The position numbers were made by a program, and so were the translations under genes. From Octopus bimaculoides (taxonomy: Eukaryota), in NCBI RefSeq assembly GCF_001194135.2, contig NC_068999.1:15581435-15645434 (forward strand): DNA of 64,000 nucleotides, read 5' to 3'. The notes beneath the pieces were generated by a model, which saw nothing but the letters and a program-made list of their open reading frames with translations, made no database searches and had not been told where the DNA came from. Position 1 is the first letter of the stretch. Every line of letters starts with the position of its first letter. This document shows positions 12,273 to 26,060 of the stretch, in pieces.

Positions 12273-15200
12273 CTTATTTGCTACAATACTCTCATTTTTC
12301 CACATTGATTTTGTGATTGCTTTTCAAGTAATTCATGCTGGTCAACTATCACTAATTCATGTTATATGTATTTCTAAATATATTTTGCTTAAGAATATTG
12401 TTTTGTTTTATATATTCTCTTTTTCTATGTGGGATTATGAAATATTCATTTAGTATATGATCTGTTAACCGTCAAATAGTATTGTTAAACCTAACAATTT
12501 TATTTATATATCAAATTATGAGATACAATAATGTCTCCCTTGAGAATATATATTACAAACTATTATGTTAACCAAACATAGTACACATCATTTCTTTTTT
12601 TTTTTGTTTTTCGTGTGCTTCCAACGAATGAATTTATCAGAAAAATTTCCTAAAGATCAGTTATTTTAGCTACGTAAAATGGATTAAACAATTTACCAAT
12701 AAATAAATAGCTAAACAAATATATAAATAAAATAAATTGTTTGAAAAAAACTTCTTTTTCTATTTTGAACAACCAAATATTTTCTATGAAATTTCGAATG
12801 TATTTAATGAACAGATGACAAATGATATAAAATTCTAAATGCTGATTTCTGATAGTATTTTAAGGCGTAAATTAATTACATTCCTGAATTGAAATTTATT
12901 TCTATGCCTAGAAAATGTAGCAATTAACAAACTCTGTCAGTAGTGAAAACATTTTAATTTGAGTTAGAAAATAAATGATTTCATCGAAAAGAGATTAGGA
13001 TAGATGTTGCTGAATTCGAAAGAAGAGTCAATAGGTACGCAGAAGAGCTTTGCAACAAGGTACAAAATTTGATGTAACATCTATGTCTAGCCATATGTGT
13101 CTCGAGCCTAAAGAAACTACAATTAGCAGTGAAGAATAGGGAAACGATAACCAGTTTTATGCGTTTGGTGTTTGAATATTTGTGTTGATCTATTTCCCTG
13201 GAAAGTCTACATGGTGTTATGGTCAGTGATTCAAGTATTTTGTCTTACAGGAAAAGTTTAAACGCTGTTAATCTGCAAAGGGTCCATGAGTAAAAATAAC
13301 AGCAGATCTATAACGTTATTTACAAATGTAAATTTATGCTTTTGTACAATTCAGTATCAATAAACTAATGTTTGAAAAAGAAAGGACTAATATGAGAACT
13401 GAATGGGAATATTGAAAAGTGAGCTTGTAACTATGACTGGTTCATATACATCATGCGGTGTACACTATAGAAGCCTCTTTGTCAGTGTGTTGTCATTGAT
13501 CTCAAAGCAATTAATACTGTTGACAAATGTACTTGTCATTTATAGAACCGACACAACATATAAGTATGTGAGCATAATGTGTGAGATTGAGTATATATAT
13601 GTTGTCTATGAGTACAGACTGCAATTTGCATATTGAAGTTGCGTGAAACTTCAGTTGTACAAGTAGCTAGAGCGTAACAAATAACATCAACTCCAGTTTC
13701 CGGTTGAAAAGTTTTTGTTTTACAATGCAGCTGTGTTTTTCCTTGTTTCCGTCCGCCGTCTCTTATGCAATTCCATCGATCATTGATGCTTAGATGTTAG
13801 AGAAAGCAACTTGTAAATAGTGTGTCGATAACATATTTCAAACTTCCATACAAATTGATTATAGAGCGGCAGTGGTGCGTTAATGTGTTACCCATAGACA
13901 CGTTTCTGCAGATGTGCCGGAACAAAAGGGAAACGAATAGCAGATAAGTTTAATTTGAAATGTCAAATTAATGAAAAGGGAGTAATCAGACGACTGATAC
14001 TCCGCTGTATGTATTTAGAATGACATTACCAAATTACATCCGATGTTAAAATGTCTGTCGTATAATATACCTTCGGGGAAATGCATATAGTCAATTTATC
14101 TTACCAGTGCAAACAAAGACTACACCGTATTAATATAGAGGTAGATATTTAATATAAATACTTAATGATAAAATTAACTAAGCGTAATGTTTGCAAATGA
14201 GAGTGATAATCAGCAGAAACGAAAGAATGAGGAGACCCGGTAACAATATTCCAAAGGAAAATCAGACACTTAAACTTTAGAGATTATTCAATGCTTTCTG
14301 CTAATATAAATACAAAAGTATTAATACAAAAGGATAATTAATTTCCAGAATTATTTAACATATCGCACGAATTGCTAAATTCATAATAAACATTGGAGTT
14401 AGAGAATTGTCTAGGCATATGAAAGTGATTGAAATTGTTGTAGCTAAAAGAAAACTTGTGCATGTGTATGCCTGTTTGTGTATATGTGTGTGTTCGTGTG
14501 TACAAATATATATTTATAGAAGCAAATTCAACATATGTGTGTGTGTACATATACATAATTATGTACATATATATATTTATATCTCGTGNNNNNNNNNNNN
14601 NNNNNNNNNNNNNNNNNNNNNNNNNNNNNNNNNNNNNNNNNNNNNNNNNNNNNNNNNNNNNNNNNNNNNNNNNNNNNNNNNNNNNNNNNNNNNNNNNNNN
14701 NNNNNNNNNNNNNNNNNNNNNNNNNNNNNNNNNNNNNNNNNNNNNNNNNNNNNNNNNNNNNNNNNNNNNNNNNNNNNNNNNNNNNNNNNNNNNNNNNNNN
14801 NNNNNNNNNNNNNNNNNNNNNNNNNNNNNNNNNNNNNNNNNNNNNNNNNNNNNNNNNNNNNNNNNNNNNNNNNNNNNNNNNNNNNNNNNNNNNNNNNNNN
14901 NNNNNNNNNNNNNNNNNNNNNNNNNNNNNNNNNNNNNNNNNNNNNNNNNNNNNNNNNNNNNNNNNNNNNNNNNNNNNNNNNNNNNNNNNNNNNNNNNNNN
15001 NNNNNNNNNNNNNNNNNNNNNNNNNNNNNNNNNNNNNNNNNNNNNNNNNNNNNNNNNNNNNNNNNNNNNNNNNNNNNNNNNNNNNNNNNNNNNNNNNNNN
15101 NNNNNNNNNNNNNNNNNNNNNNNNNNNNNNNNNNNNNNNNNNNNNNNNNNNNNNNNNNNNNNNNNNNNNNNNNNNNNNNNNNNNNNNNNNNNNNNNNNNN

Positions 15201-15967
15201 NNNNNNNNNNNNNNNNNNNNNNNNNNNNNNNNNNNNNNNNNNNNNNNNNNNNNNNNNNNNNNNNNNNNNNNNNNNNNNNNNNNNNNNNNNNNNNNNNNNN
15301 NNNNNNNNNNNNNNNNNNNNNNNNNNNNNNNNNNNNNNNNNNNNNNNNNNNNNNNNNNNNNNNNNNNNNNNNNNNNNNNNNNNNNNNNNNNNNNNNNNNN
15401 NNNNNNNNNNNNNNNNNNNNNNNNNNNNNNNNNNNNNNNNATATATATATATATATACATATATATGCACACGCTCACATAATGAAAGGAATATTTATCG
15501 AAATTATATCTTCACAATTTATTACACCAATCCATCAAATTGGCGGCGAATTAAAACAAGACGAATTTGTATATACAAACACTGATATATATTTATACAC
15601 TTAAGAGCACCTATCGTACTTAGTGAAGTTTACATTCACAATATACGCATATGAAATATCGAACAAGGATATTGGGAATACGTTTTATTGCTTAGGATAT
15701 CTAATGGTAATATCTCGGATCTTATCATATATATAGGAAAGGAATATCACTGCGATGTATATAGATAATTGAGATAAAATGCTTAATACAAACGTTAGCA
15801 ACACCGCAAGGAAATACAAGTGTGTCATGCCTATACATTTATGTTCTCTACAAAATTTTTCTTTCATATAAAGGAGATAATAAATCAGTCAAGACATGAA
15901 TACAAAAATTTCATTATAACATTTCTCAATGGTACTGCAAACGTACATACATGGCATTATAAATTTA

Positions 15968-16290
15968 CGCAGGCGTGGCAAGAAGCTTGCTTCCCAACCA
16001 CTGCATGGCATCTTCTTTAAGCGACTTCAGCTATAGTCCCGGGTCGTCCAAAGCCTTGTGAGTTGATTTGGTAGATGGAAACTGAAAAGAAGCCTGCCGT
16101 ATATATATATTTATGTGCGTCTATCTGCCTGTGTTTACACACCCTCCACCGTTTGACCACCAGTGTTAGTGCGTTTACGTCACTCGGCAAAAGAAACGCT
16201 GGAATAAGTATCAGACTGGACAAAACATCATCAAGGCTGTAACCCCAGCATGGCCGCGATCTACTGGCTGAAACAAGTAAAAGATAAAAG
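15968..16290 (+). mobile_element. SINE family A with several internal deletions
   Basis: gcaggcgtggcaagaagcttgcttcccaaccac...ccaaagccttgtgagttgatttggtagatggaaactgaaaagaagcc...ccccagcatggccgc...gaaacaagtaaaagataaaag. Confidence 0.8.
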
Positions 16291-16336
16291 GCTGTCTCAC
16301 ACACACACATACACACATGCACGTATAATGTTACTT

Positions 16337-16950
16337 GCGAGGCCTGTTGTGAGTTTTACTGCTAATGGTAGAATGCAAATCAGTACAACCTGGTACATGG
16401 TTGGTTCGTCGTTGATTAAACCGACACTAGTCTTGCCTGCTGAGGAGGGTTGCTAGAAACCCAGCAGGACTAAAAACAAGAGCTGTTAAAAAGCCGGGTT
16501 AACTTAGTGTACCTTCAACGGGTTGGTGTCCGGAATGTTGACAACCACTGGAAGTGATGCAGCTCTCAGCTTTTGTTAAAGCAAGCCTCATGGAGAAGTC
16601 CATTCTGATATAAAACCAGATATTAAGGAACGGCATGGGACATTTTGGTTGCGCCTGAAATCATGGCAGTCCGACATACCTGACTCTGTGGCCTCTATTA
16701 GGAGAGAATGTCTTGTCCTAGCTTGTCAGGAGGGTGGGAAAGATGTGTCAGGTAATGTGCAAGCTTTATTTGATTAAAAGTTTAGGTCAGGCAATCAACT
16801 GCGGAACAACTTCCCATTGACCAGTGGAGTAGGGGTAGGGCGCCACAGGCTCGAACTCGGATGAAGCAGATGCAATGACCTCATCTTCAGGCATTGTTAG
16901 CATTTGCATGGTCAATGGTCAGTGGTGTTCTTTCTGGGTCACAAGTAGGC
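16337..16950 (+). mobile_element. Probable 5' UTR/5' end of an RTE-like LINE, truncated before recognisable coding sequence
   Basis: A GC-richer 600-bp island between microsatellites, with stretches resembling RTE leaders (ggagaagtccattctgatataaaacc; ggggtagggcgccacagg) and a strong hairpin at 16431-16481. No protein motif confirms it; this is pattern recognition only. Confidence 0.4.
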
Positions 16951-16964
16951 TGAAATTATATATA

Positions 16965-17009
<45 letters not shown>

Positions 17010-17028
17010 GACATATATATATATATAA

Positions 17029-17061
<33 letters not shown>

Positions 17062-19894
17062 TGTATGTATGCATATGCGTGTGTGTGTAATTATTTGGAC
17101 AAATGTGTATAAGTATATTAGCGTGCAGAGTAAAGAGCGTTCACAGTTTGGGCTACCTAGTGTCTGCCATGGTTGCGGTATATATCCGCTGGACCTACCT
17201 TAGGAATTCCACATTGCTAATGGAGATAATAATAATTGATGAAGGAAACGGAAGATAAAACTAGCACAGATTCTTTATTCAGTACAACGATCGTCTCGAG
17301 ACATCCTGCAGGTGTCCTTGATGAGTAGGATTTTCTGCATCTATTTCCATTGCAGCAATCTGTGCAGTTTGTCACATCAGGTACATGCATAAAGAAGTGA
17401 GTGCCCCGCTAGATATATTGAGATTTCCTAAACATGTTGTTCGTGCATGCTGTATTTTGGCGATGACCGAAGAACACCTCAATACAACAAAGAATGAATA
17501 AAGAAGCAACTTTCATCAATAAATATCTTCCACAACTAAATACGAACACATAACATCATATAGAACACGACTAACCATCCATTTAATAACAATAACCACC
17601 ATACATCCCATACACTATTCACATTACAGATCTATATCTACCGTAATTGCACCAAATTCAGAACTACTTACCTTCCTTACACATAATCTTTTTACTCAGG
17701 GACTAGTAGATCTGATACCGTTCAGTATTCGGTGTGCATTCAAAGTAATGATTAGTAATATTACGAAACCGGTATGTTTTTGAATCTCTTTAACAGCTCA
17801 CAATAATGACTTTTATTACTTTTATTCCTACCTCAGTTCATCTAATTGTATATATCTATCGTTACTTTTCATAAAAAGCCCTTACTTTTTTTGATTTCCA
17901 ATATGCATTTTCGCTTATTTTTCTTCTAACTTTCCCCTTACATTTCCACGTGTAGTTTCTATTTTGTTTTTGTAACAAATTTTTATTATATATATATATA
18001 TNNNNNNNNNNNNNNNNNNNNNNNNNNNNNNNNNNNNNNNNNNNNNNNNNNNNNNNNNNNNNNNNNNNNNNNNNNNNNNNNNNNNNNNNNNNNNNNNNNN
18101 NNNNNNNNNNNNNNNNNNNNNNNNNNNNNNNNNNNNNNNNNNNNNNNNNNNNNNNNNNNNNNNNNNNNNNNNNATATATATAGGTATGTATGTATGTATG
18201 TATGCATGTATGTATGTATGTATGTATGTATGTATGTGTGTATGTATGTATGTATGTGTGTCTTAGCACAGAATCTCACAAACTTAGATGTATACACATG
18301 TAAGGAATTCAGCAATAAATGTCTATGAAATCGCACAACGTTTGACAAGATCGTTTTACTTAGATTTTGTTTGTATATAGTGTATATTCCCTTTAGTTTA
18401 ATTAATTATTCACATTCGGGAGTAATCATTGTTATTTTTTATGTCAATCTTCCGTATTTTTTTTTCGGTATTGCTTTTTTTATTGTTGCTAATTTTGCAT
18501 TTATTATTGCAATATTCTAATATTGGATTTATTATTTTACAATTAAAATTCAAAAAAAAGATACATCTATCGCCCATCTACCGTCTCTTATGCCATCAGG
18601 ACGTATATAAAAAACTTTTCATTGCAACCCAGGGACTGTAGTACCTACATTTAAAATCACTAGATTAAATCAAAAGAGAAAGAATCATAGAATAGGCAAT
18701 AGTATAGACATTCGTGGTATCGGCGTGATAACATGTAAGAGGAAGTGAAAAAAATATATAGCTACAGCGATGTAACAAAACAAATGATGAACGAACAACA
18801 CATGAGTTGTACTCTATATAGGATACATTTGATAAAATTAGATTTTTCGAAACAGGTGATATCATTAGAGCAATTCTGGTAGGTTCTTATTCATTATCCT
18901 TCAAAAGGACATGTTGCAGGGTGAAGTGGTGTTACGTAATTTCGTTTTAACCTTATACCTAAGTTTCCTTTCAACGCTTAAACGTTTTACATGATGAATT
19001 TTAAATTTTATTTTCTCAGTGTACATAATGCTGATTTTCCCGATATATTTTGTAACCAAAATTACAGACTGATTGAAGAATGGTGCCTTTAACTGTATCA
19101 AAATGCAGTTATGCGAAACATGGAATAGCAATATAGAGTTTATTGCTCTTGTAATATCATTTAAGAAACACATTTCCAGCAGTAGAGACTATTTTAACAA
19201 TAGTTTTTATGAGTATTTAGTGAATAGATAATTCAGTAAGCTTGGTTAACTATTTCCCTAAAGCAACACAAGCCATGAAAAACATGTGCTTTTAAAACAA
19301 TAATCATGTTTATTCTATCAGGTAAGATCGCACACAAACTGAACGCATATATTATTCAAGATAATTCCGTTGTGAGGCTAAATCATCGACTGAGGCGGCA
19401 TGTGGTAATTGTATTTAATTAGAATAGACACCATCTACTAATTGAAAACTTTGGCACTCACAGAACAATTTTCCGTAAATGTCTTTATATCTAGAATTAG
19501 TTATGTTTCTGATTTTAAAACTCACAGAAAGCATAGATGACTCGCACTTTTCCATCTGCATACAATTCTATGACGCATAAAACATTTATATTTCTGAACA
19601 TATATTCACCTGTGTATTGCGAATTGCAATTTATTTTATGTGGCAAGGGTCATTAATAATAAATGGAATACGCAGCGCATGTGTGTGTATGTATGTGTAT
19701 GTGTGTGTATGTGTGTATATATATATTCACACATACATGTTTCTATTAGAGCTCTCACACAAATAATTAAATATTTGTTGATTAGTGATTACAAATTTTC
19801 TTCCTCTTCTACATTTAAACAAAGTTCGAATACAAAACATGTTTATAGTTTACAACATATTTTAAAAATAAAATATCTATTAGTTAAATAGTCC

Positions 19895-19900
19895 ACTTAC
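19895..19900 (-). promoter_or_regulatory. 5' splice donor GTAAGT
   Basis: Minus strand AAA TCT GG|GTAAGT, a consensus donor at the typical NFAK(T/S)G boundary. Confidence 0.88.
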
Positions 19901-20687
19901 CCAGATTTTGCAAAATTCGTCCAGTAACGCATCACTGCTTCACTTAGCATTCGTTCTGACTTCGAATACGATGACGTGCTAAAAGGTTGTATGCCGTCAA
20001 CTAAGGGAGCCCCGAAAATATACGGAAGCTCATCTCCCCCAGACAATTTGCCTTTTTCTTCAGACTGTGACGTATATGTGAAATAATAAAAGTATGTATT
20101 GCCAGTTTTAGCATGCAGCTGTCCCACTTTTAGTAACGGTGCAATATATTGACCATCACTGAGTAGTTCTAAAAGACTATCCCGGCGGTTTTTCGGAGTC
20201 GTCTTCTTACTCCACTCGGCATAGTGATGGTCAAGTATTTCATAAACTTTTTGTCTGTGAAACTGGAACCTGTTGTGTACATAAGTACGTAGCATTTTCT
20301 CCTTTTTTTCTTCGGAGATTCCATTTTCCACGTCCTCCTGATCGAAGTAAGAATATGCTTCATTTTTTGTGATCCCGAACATTAGATCTGCGTTGGAAAA
20401 CATTGAGACTGGTTTTTTAATTAACTCTTCCACGGACTTTGGTATGATGTTTTTACCATCGATGACGGGTGCGAAACAGGAAAAATATTTTGGTGGTTTC
20501 GGCGCGTTTTTTACTAAGTCTGAGAAAGTTTTATTTCGTAGACATTTAATGAGGTCTTGTGAATCGTCGATGGAACAGTTGACGCTCAAGGCAAGCTGGT
20601 GCGTGCAGCCAATTGGATCGTTGGCAACAGACCAAGAGCTTAACGCTGATCCACTTTGGAGTATTGCACGTTGAAATAATGTCCCAT
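19901..20687 (-). CDS. NLGN: Internal coding exon of a neuroligin-like (non-catalytic carboxylesterase/cholinesterase-fold) gene; 2 nt + 261 codons + 2 nt
   Basis: Translation (D)GTLFQRAILQSGSALSSWSVANDP...VNCS...LIKCLR...FAPVIDG...LMFGITKNEAY...LLELLSDGQYIAP...TYFYYF...GDELPYIFGAPLVDG...LSEAVMRYWTNFAKSG. Acceptor tttcttttttcag|AT at 20688/20687; donor TCT GG|gtaagt at 19901/19900. The length 787 fits phase 1 to phase 2. The motifs and exon limits match the large neuroligin ectodomain exon. The supplied ORF 19897..20589 covers most of it. Confidence 0.88.
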
Positions 20688-20702
20688 CTGAAAAAAGAAA
20701 AA
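20688..20702 (-). promoter_or_regulatory. 3' splice acceptor (polypyrimidine tract + CAG)
   Basis: Minus strand tttttcttttttcag immediately precedes the open frame AT GGG ACA TTA TTT CAA CGT GCA. Confidence 0.85.
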
Positions 20703-21676
20703 AATATAATAATTTATTCTAGGAACTCTGGTGTTTCGGATAATGTGACAGGGTGTAAGGAAATAATATAATTTTGATGTTTGACATATCTACATTAAGT
20801 GACATCTTACATCTAGCTTCTTCGTTATATACTTAAAACATATTACAAGGCGAGATATCCAACATGTGACTATAATTATGTTTGAGAGTTTAGATTTAAG
20901 AGTATAGGTATAAAAAGAAGAGAAGCTCATCCTGTTAATTCTGCCTAGTATAATACAAGAAAAGCATTATTGTAGTATCCAAGTTCTGTATGAAGTGATA
21001 CAAGAATTACATATTTTCCTTTTATTGAAACATTCTGCAAAGTATATGGACACAAATAAAGGCCTCACTGAAATTAAGCTATGTATCATGCACAATTTGT
21101 ATATAGATGTTCAGTCGATGAGAATAATGATATTTTTCTTTAATAAACGTCAAGTGGGGAAATAAGGAAACGAATATCTTTTAATTCGTGTTGCTACGGT
21201 GCTTTATTGTTTAGTCTCACAGCAAACCTGGTTAAACAGTCCTGTAGTAAAAAACATTGTACTCAAGAGCATGATAATCTTATCATCTGAAATCATGATC
21301 ATCGTATCAATAATATAGGAATATATTATTCAATATACACTTCCTCTTTTAAAGAAGGGTGGGACACGATTTTAAAAATATTCGGTTAATATTTCTAAGT
21401 GTATGATAGAATTGTGGTTCCCTGGGGAATCATTCTGCTTTACGTCTCAGAAATTGAAACGTGTTGTCTTATGTGACAGAATTGCCGTCTAAACCGAGCA
21501 GTATTTCTTCGAACAATAAAATTGATACAGTAACTTAAAATGGGAAATAACACCTCTGAATTTCATCACAACACTGTTTCTATATGAAAACATTGAATGA
21601 AGATATGTCAGGTAGTCTTGTGAATACTGACTCAATTCTGTCTAGATAGCTTCCTTGTATACATTACTGTGTCTAC

Positions 21677-21707
<31 letters not shown>

Positions 21708-23178
21708 CATATAAATATAAATATATATATATATATATGTATGTATAGGCGTCTCACACAATACTCTTGCGTTTAATTGTTTTTGTATGATGCCCAGAAA
21801 GATATTGCGATGGTAAAATTAAACATAATTGCAAGGGATATCTTATAAGACAAGATTCTACTCAGCTAGCTCCGTTATGTTCAACAACGTTACTAGTACA
21901 CAGAATTCTTTATTATATGAATAAATTCTATTTTAATATGATATTAATGTATGTTAATTTCTAAACTCATATTGTTCATTTATACTCAATATGAAAAATT
22001 AGTTTAAATAAGCAAGGTAACATATACAACACATTAATAAATTCCATAATGATATACATCAACGCTCTACTTAAATGAAAAAGTAAGGTTCTCGTTGTTC
22101 TAAAACCAAGTTATAAAATTACTCCATATATATTCAGGTATGAAACTTCTTTATAAAAAATGCAAAACATATAGACAATAGAGCAAAATATGCAAGAAGA
22201 AATGGTATAACATCAGGAATTTAATCTAACAAGGTGTTTCATTTATCTTACTAAAATATCTGAAACAAAACAGAAATGATGTAAAGAGTAAAAATCACAT
22301 ACATTATANNNNNNNNNNNNNNNNNNNNNNNNNNNNNNNNNNNNNNNNNNNNNNNNNNNNNNNATATATATATTTGTATGTACGTGTATGAGTATGTATA
22401 TATGTAAATATATATATATGTGTGTGTGAACATATATATTAGTATACATATTTGTATATACACATATATATATATATGTACGCACACAAACACACACACA
22501 AGAACGCACGCACACGTGCACTCACTCACACTCACACACATATATATATACATATATATATATACACATATATCACCTATTATTGAGAATAAAAGCTGTA
22601 TTCCATTTACCTCTCCGTTGCAATCATGAAATTGTTTAATAGAATACATAAATGAAATTTAAACATGAAATACAAAAATATAAAAAAAAACATGAAATTA
22701 GCATATGATTTTTGAGAGTATTCATTTCGTGTGGAGTATATATATGTATGTATACATAAGAAGCAAAAGACTCCTAAAATGTAAACAATTATTAATCCAA
22801 TATGAAATAAGTAGAAGCAAAACTTAATGTAAATTTTCAATTGAAATATTAATATTTATATTCATCTTTAATATAAAATTATCACATTTTCAGAAATTTT
22901 TAGAATAATATATATTTGCAGACTACAAGGAAAAAATTCTACCACATACATATATAATTTTCCGAAATATTGTTCATATTTCCAAAGAAATTTAAACGTA
23001 TTTTCAGTTTTCCTTCGTAGTTTGTTACGTTTTTTGTCGTTGCTTTTTTGTTTCTAAATCCCTGTAATACTCTCAAATGTTGGATATTATTTCTCATGTT
23101 TGTTAAAAATATTCTTAATAAATATTAAAAAAGATTACATGGTTATGGAAATAACAATAAAGCAAATAATTTTAGCCA

Positions 23179-23236
<58 letters not shown>

Positions 23237-23429
23237 AGATTTTTTCATGGATACATTAGTCTCACAAATTAGGTTATATAATATAGGGAATTTTAAATGT
23301 TCAATGTAGGGAAAACTTCTCATATTTAAAATCTAACAATGGATGACGTGGAAACTTCCTTTGGATTAGATGATTAAAATGTTTGATCTATAGAGAGTAT
23401 CATCTCTTAGTCTTTTTTATTTTCACAAT

Positions 23430-23800
23430 CTTGCTTCCTAGTGAGCTCACTTTGCAAGCGGGTGGTTTTGGTTTCCGTAAAAATATGGGCCACCTTAGAT
23501 AAGTATCGCCTAATATAGCTTCAGGCCTACCATTTAAGGATATTTACTAGACGGATAATTGTATGGATCCGTTCGAAGATATATACATTTATGTATGTAT
23601 GTGTGTTTGTGTTTATGCTTTTCCCAGAACATTATTTACAAACGGCTGTGGCTTGTTTACATCCCGCGAGGAAGCGGTTTTGAAAGCGGCTTGATAAAGT
23701 AATTACCAGATTTAAGATAAGTACTGAGGAGGATTTGTTTGACTACAGCCTTCAAGGTAGCGTCCCAGCAATACTGAAGTTCAATAAGCAAAGAAAATAA
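23430..23800 (+). mobile_element. Old, diverged SINE family A copy
   Basis: gggccaccttagataagtatcgcctaatatagcttcaggcc, an internal TATG/TG tract, gtttacatccc, and ataagtactgaggaggatttgtttgactac. Confidence 0.55.
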
Positions 23801-24213
23801 TAGGTCGAAGTTAGACGGTATGCTTCAAATCTAAGAATGGATTTTCCGAACAGTTTAGAGCAGCACATCTCAATCAGTTTTTATATATCCTCTCCTTTCA
23901 ATTCCTACCCCTATTCTATTTTCCACCCCACTCTTGCCAAAATTAATTGAGCAATATTTACGTGTATATANNNNNNNNNNNNNNNNNNNNNNNNNNNNNN
24001 NNNNNNNNNNNNNNNNNNNNNNNNNNNNNNNNNNNNNNNNNNNNNNNNNNNNNNNNNNNNNNNNNNNNNNNNNNNNNNNNNNNNNNNNNNNNNNNNNNNN
24101 NNNNNNNNNNNNNNNNNNNNNNNNNNNNNNNNNNNNNNNNNNNNNNNNNNNNNNNNNNNNNNNNNNNNNNNNNNNNNNNNNNNNNNNNNNNNNNNNNNNN
24201 NNNNNNNNNNNNN

Positions 24214-24249
<36 letters not shown>

Positions 24250-25879
24250 GCGCGCGTGTCTGTGTGTGCTGAAAGTCTTAATTTTTACAACTGAAATAGT
24301 ATGATTAGCTGAGGGGATTTCATAAAATCGAAGCATGTCTGTTACTTCGAACTGTTTAAATACCAGATTCACTCTAATCTTGATTATTTGAATTGTTAAT
24401 AACAATTCGGACATCAAACTCTCTTTTATACTTCGTTAAACTACAATCATCCATAGTATGAGATGTTTCGACTTACTGATTGAACAATCGCAATTAATAC
24501 AAATGTTTCGACTCGCCTGTATTAGATTTCTAGCAATCTATCGTATGTCTATATAATATCCATAACTCTCGTTTGTGGCACTTTTTTCAGCTATATAGTT
24601 GAGTCCGCAATACCCCTCGTTTCATACCCGCTAATTCTGTATATATTGATCATATTTAGATTAACCAATTCAGCCGACTTCATTGCGGTGATCTTTTACC
24701 TGCATTTCAATATTGTTGAAACATTTAATGTCTGCATGTAATTTCTTGTTGTTTATTTGTATGTATATAATTCTCTTATAATCATTTATGTCTGGATCAG
24801 AAAAGTAGTGTTCCTATAGAATTAACGTCACATGCCTTCCGTTATTCATTTTCTGAATGAAATGATTATAGAGCTGGTATATTCTTCGAGGCCACGATTG
24901 ATCACAGGGCATTTCAGTCTATTTTATTTTAATCACCAATTCTCTATTTAAGAACAGTTAATTGATTAAATCTGTTTACATTTCATGACTTCTTTCACTT
25001 GTATTTTATATCCTTTCGTTATTGATTTTGTTTTAATATTTACAAATATTTCATAGACTCTTTTTTTTATTGATACGGTTTAATAACGTTGTATTCCTGT
25101 CATGTACTGTATTATAATCCTGTATACGACACCTTCTCATTTTATAAGCAACCGTAAGAATGTCCTATGTTTGTGATCGATATAATACTTCAATTCATGA
25201 ATTCTACAACATACATGCTTATTGCATACATATTTATACAATATTTATCGAATATATTATTTATAATCCGTTTATTGAATACATACTTTCTATAATAATA
25301 TACTTGTATATTACCCTTGTTGTCTGATATGCATCCTGTAACTTGCAGATTAGTGGCTTCCTGTTGATTAAAATGTTATTTATTTTAGAGATTTGTTTTT
25401 AATATATTTCATGATTTGTGGTTTGCTGTGATATATATGTTCTATGTCATGTTTCTTTTAATAACCAATTTATCCATTTGGTAACAAAATACATATGTTC
25501 ATAATGAAATCCTGCATGTGGTGTTAATATGTTTTATTCTTAGCTCTATCTTTTATATTAGTGAGGAAGAATTTTTTCATATACTATTGCGTAGATTAAT
25601 TTATTCGTCTTCCAGTTATTATCTAATATTTGTTGCCTCGTCAGATTTCGTTATCTGAACAGCTTTTTTTCAAACAGCTTTGAACCATTTTCTTACAAAT
25701 GATTTTACTAAAGATATTTTGTTGCCTTTGGAGGCATTCTCTATAGCAATGCATGTACAACGTAATGCATGTGGTTTATTTGTGGATACTGAGGTGCTGG
25801 ATATGTTCTTTCTTATAAGTAAATTGAATCTAAAACTGCTATGGAGTTTTGCTCTATGCTTTAGACTGCAAATTTAATT

Positions 25880-26060
25880 ATGGATATAAATATTTTCAAA
25901 GGTTTTCTTCTAGCCTATCTACCAGTTCTCCGATATCTGCCGCTATGGGTATGTCATCGAAGCACTCGATATAGATAATTATGTTACGTTTCAGAACAGC
26001 TGGGGTTCACAAAAATAATCTAAATATACTGTCAAACTAGGTGCAGAGGTCGCATATTGG
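25880..26060 (-). mobile_element. Possible highly decayed non-LTR reverse transcriptase fragment
   Basis: Minus strand SAPSLTVYLDY followed by IYIECFDDIPIAADIGELVDRLEENL (25901-25979), loosely resembling LSP.LFN.Y and (F/Y)ADD...EL..LV.RL. Confidence 0.3.

Noticed and set aside
17735-17778. GTAAT...ATTAC stem followed by GAAACCGGTA (palindromic ACCGGT), like a hammerhead 3' half
   Set aside because: The required CUGANGA is absent (TTCAAA instead). At best it is a dead remnant.
20169-20674. ORFs 20169..20363 (-) and 20369..20674 (+) overlapping the exon
   Set aside because: These are shadow frames of the real coding exon.
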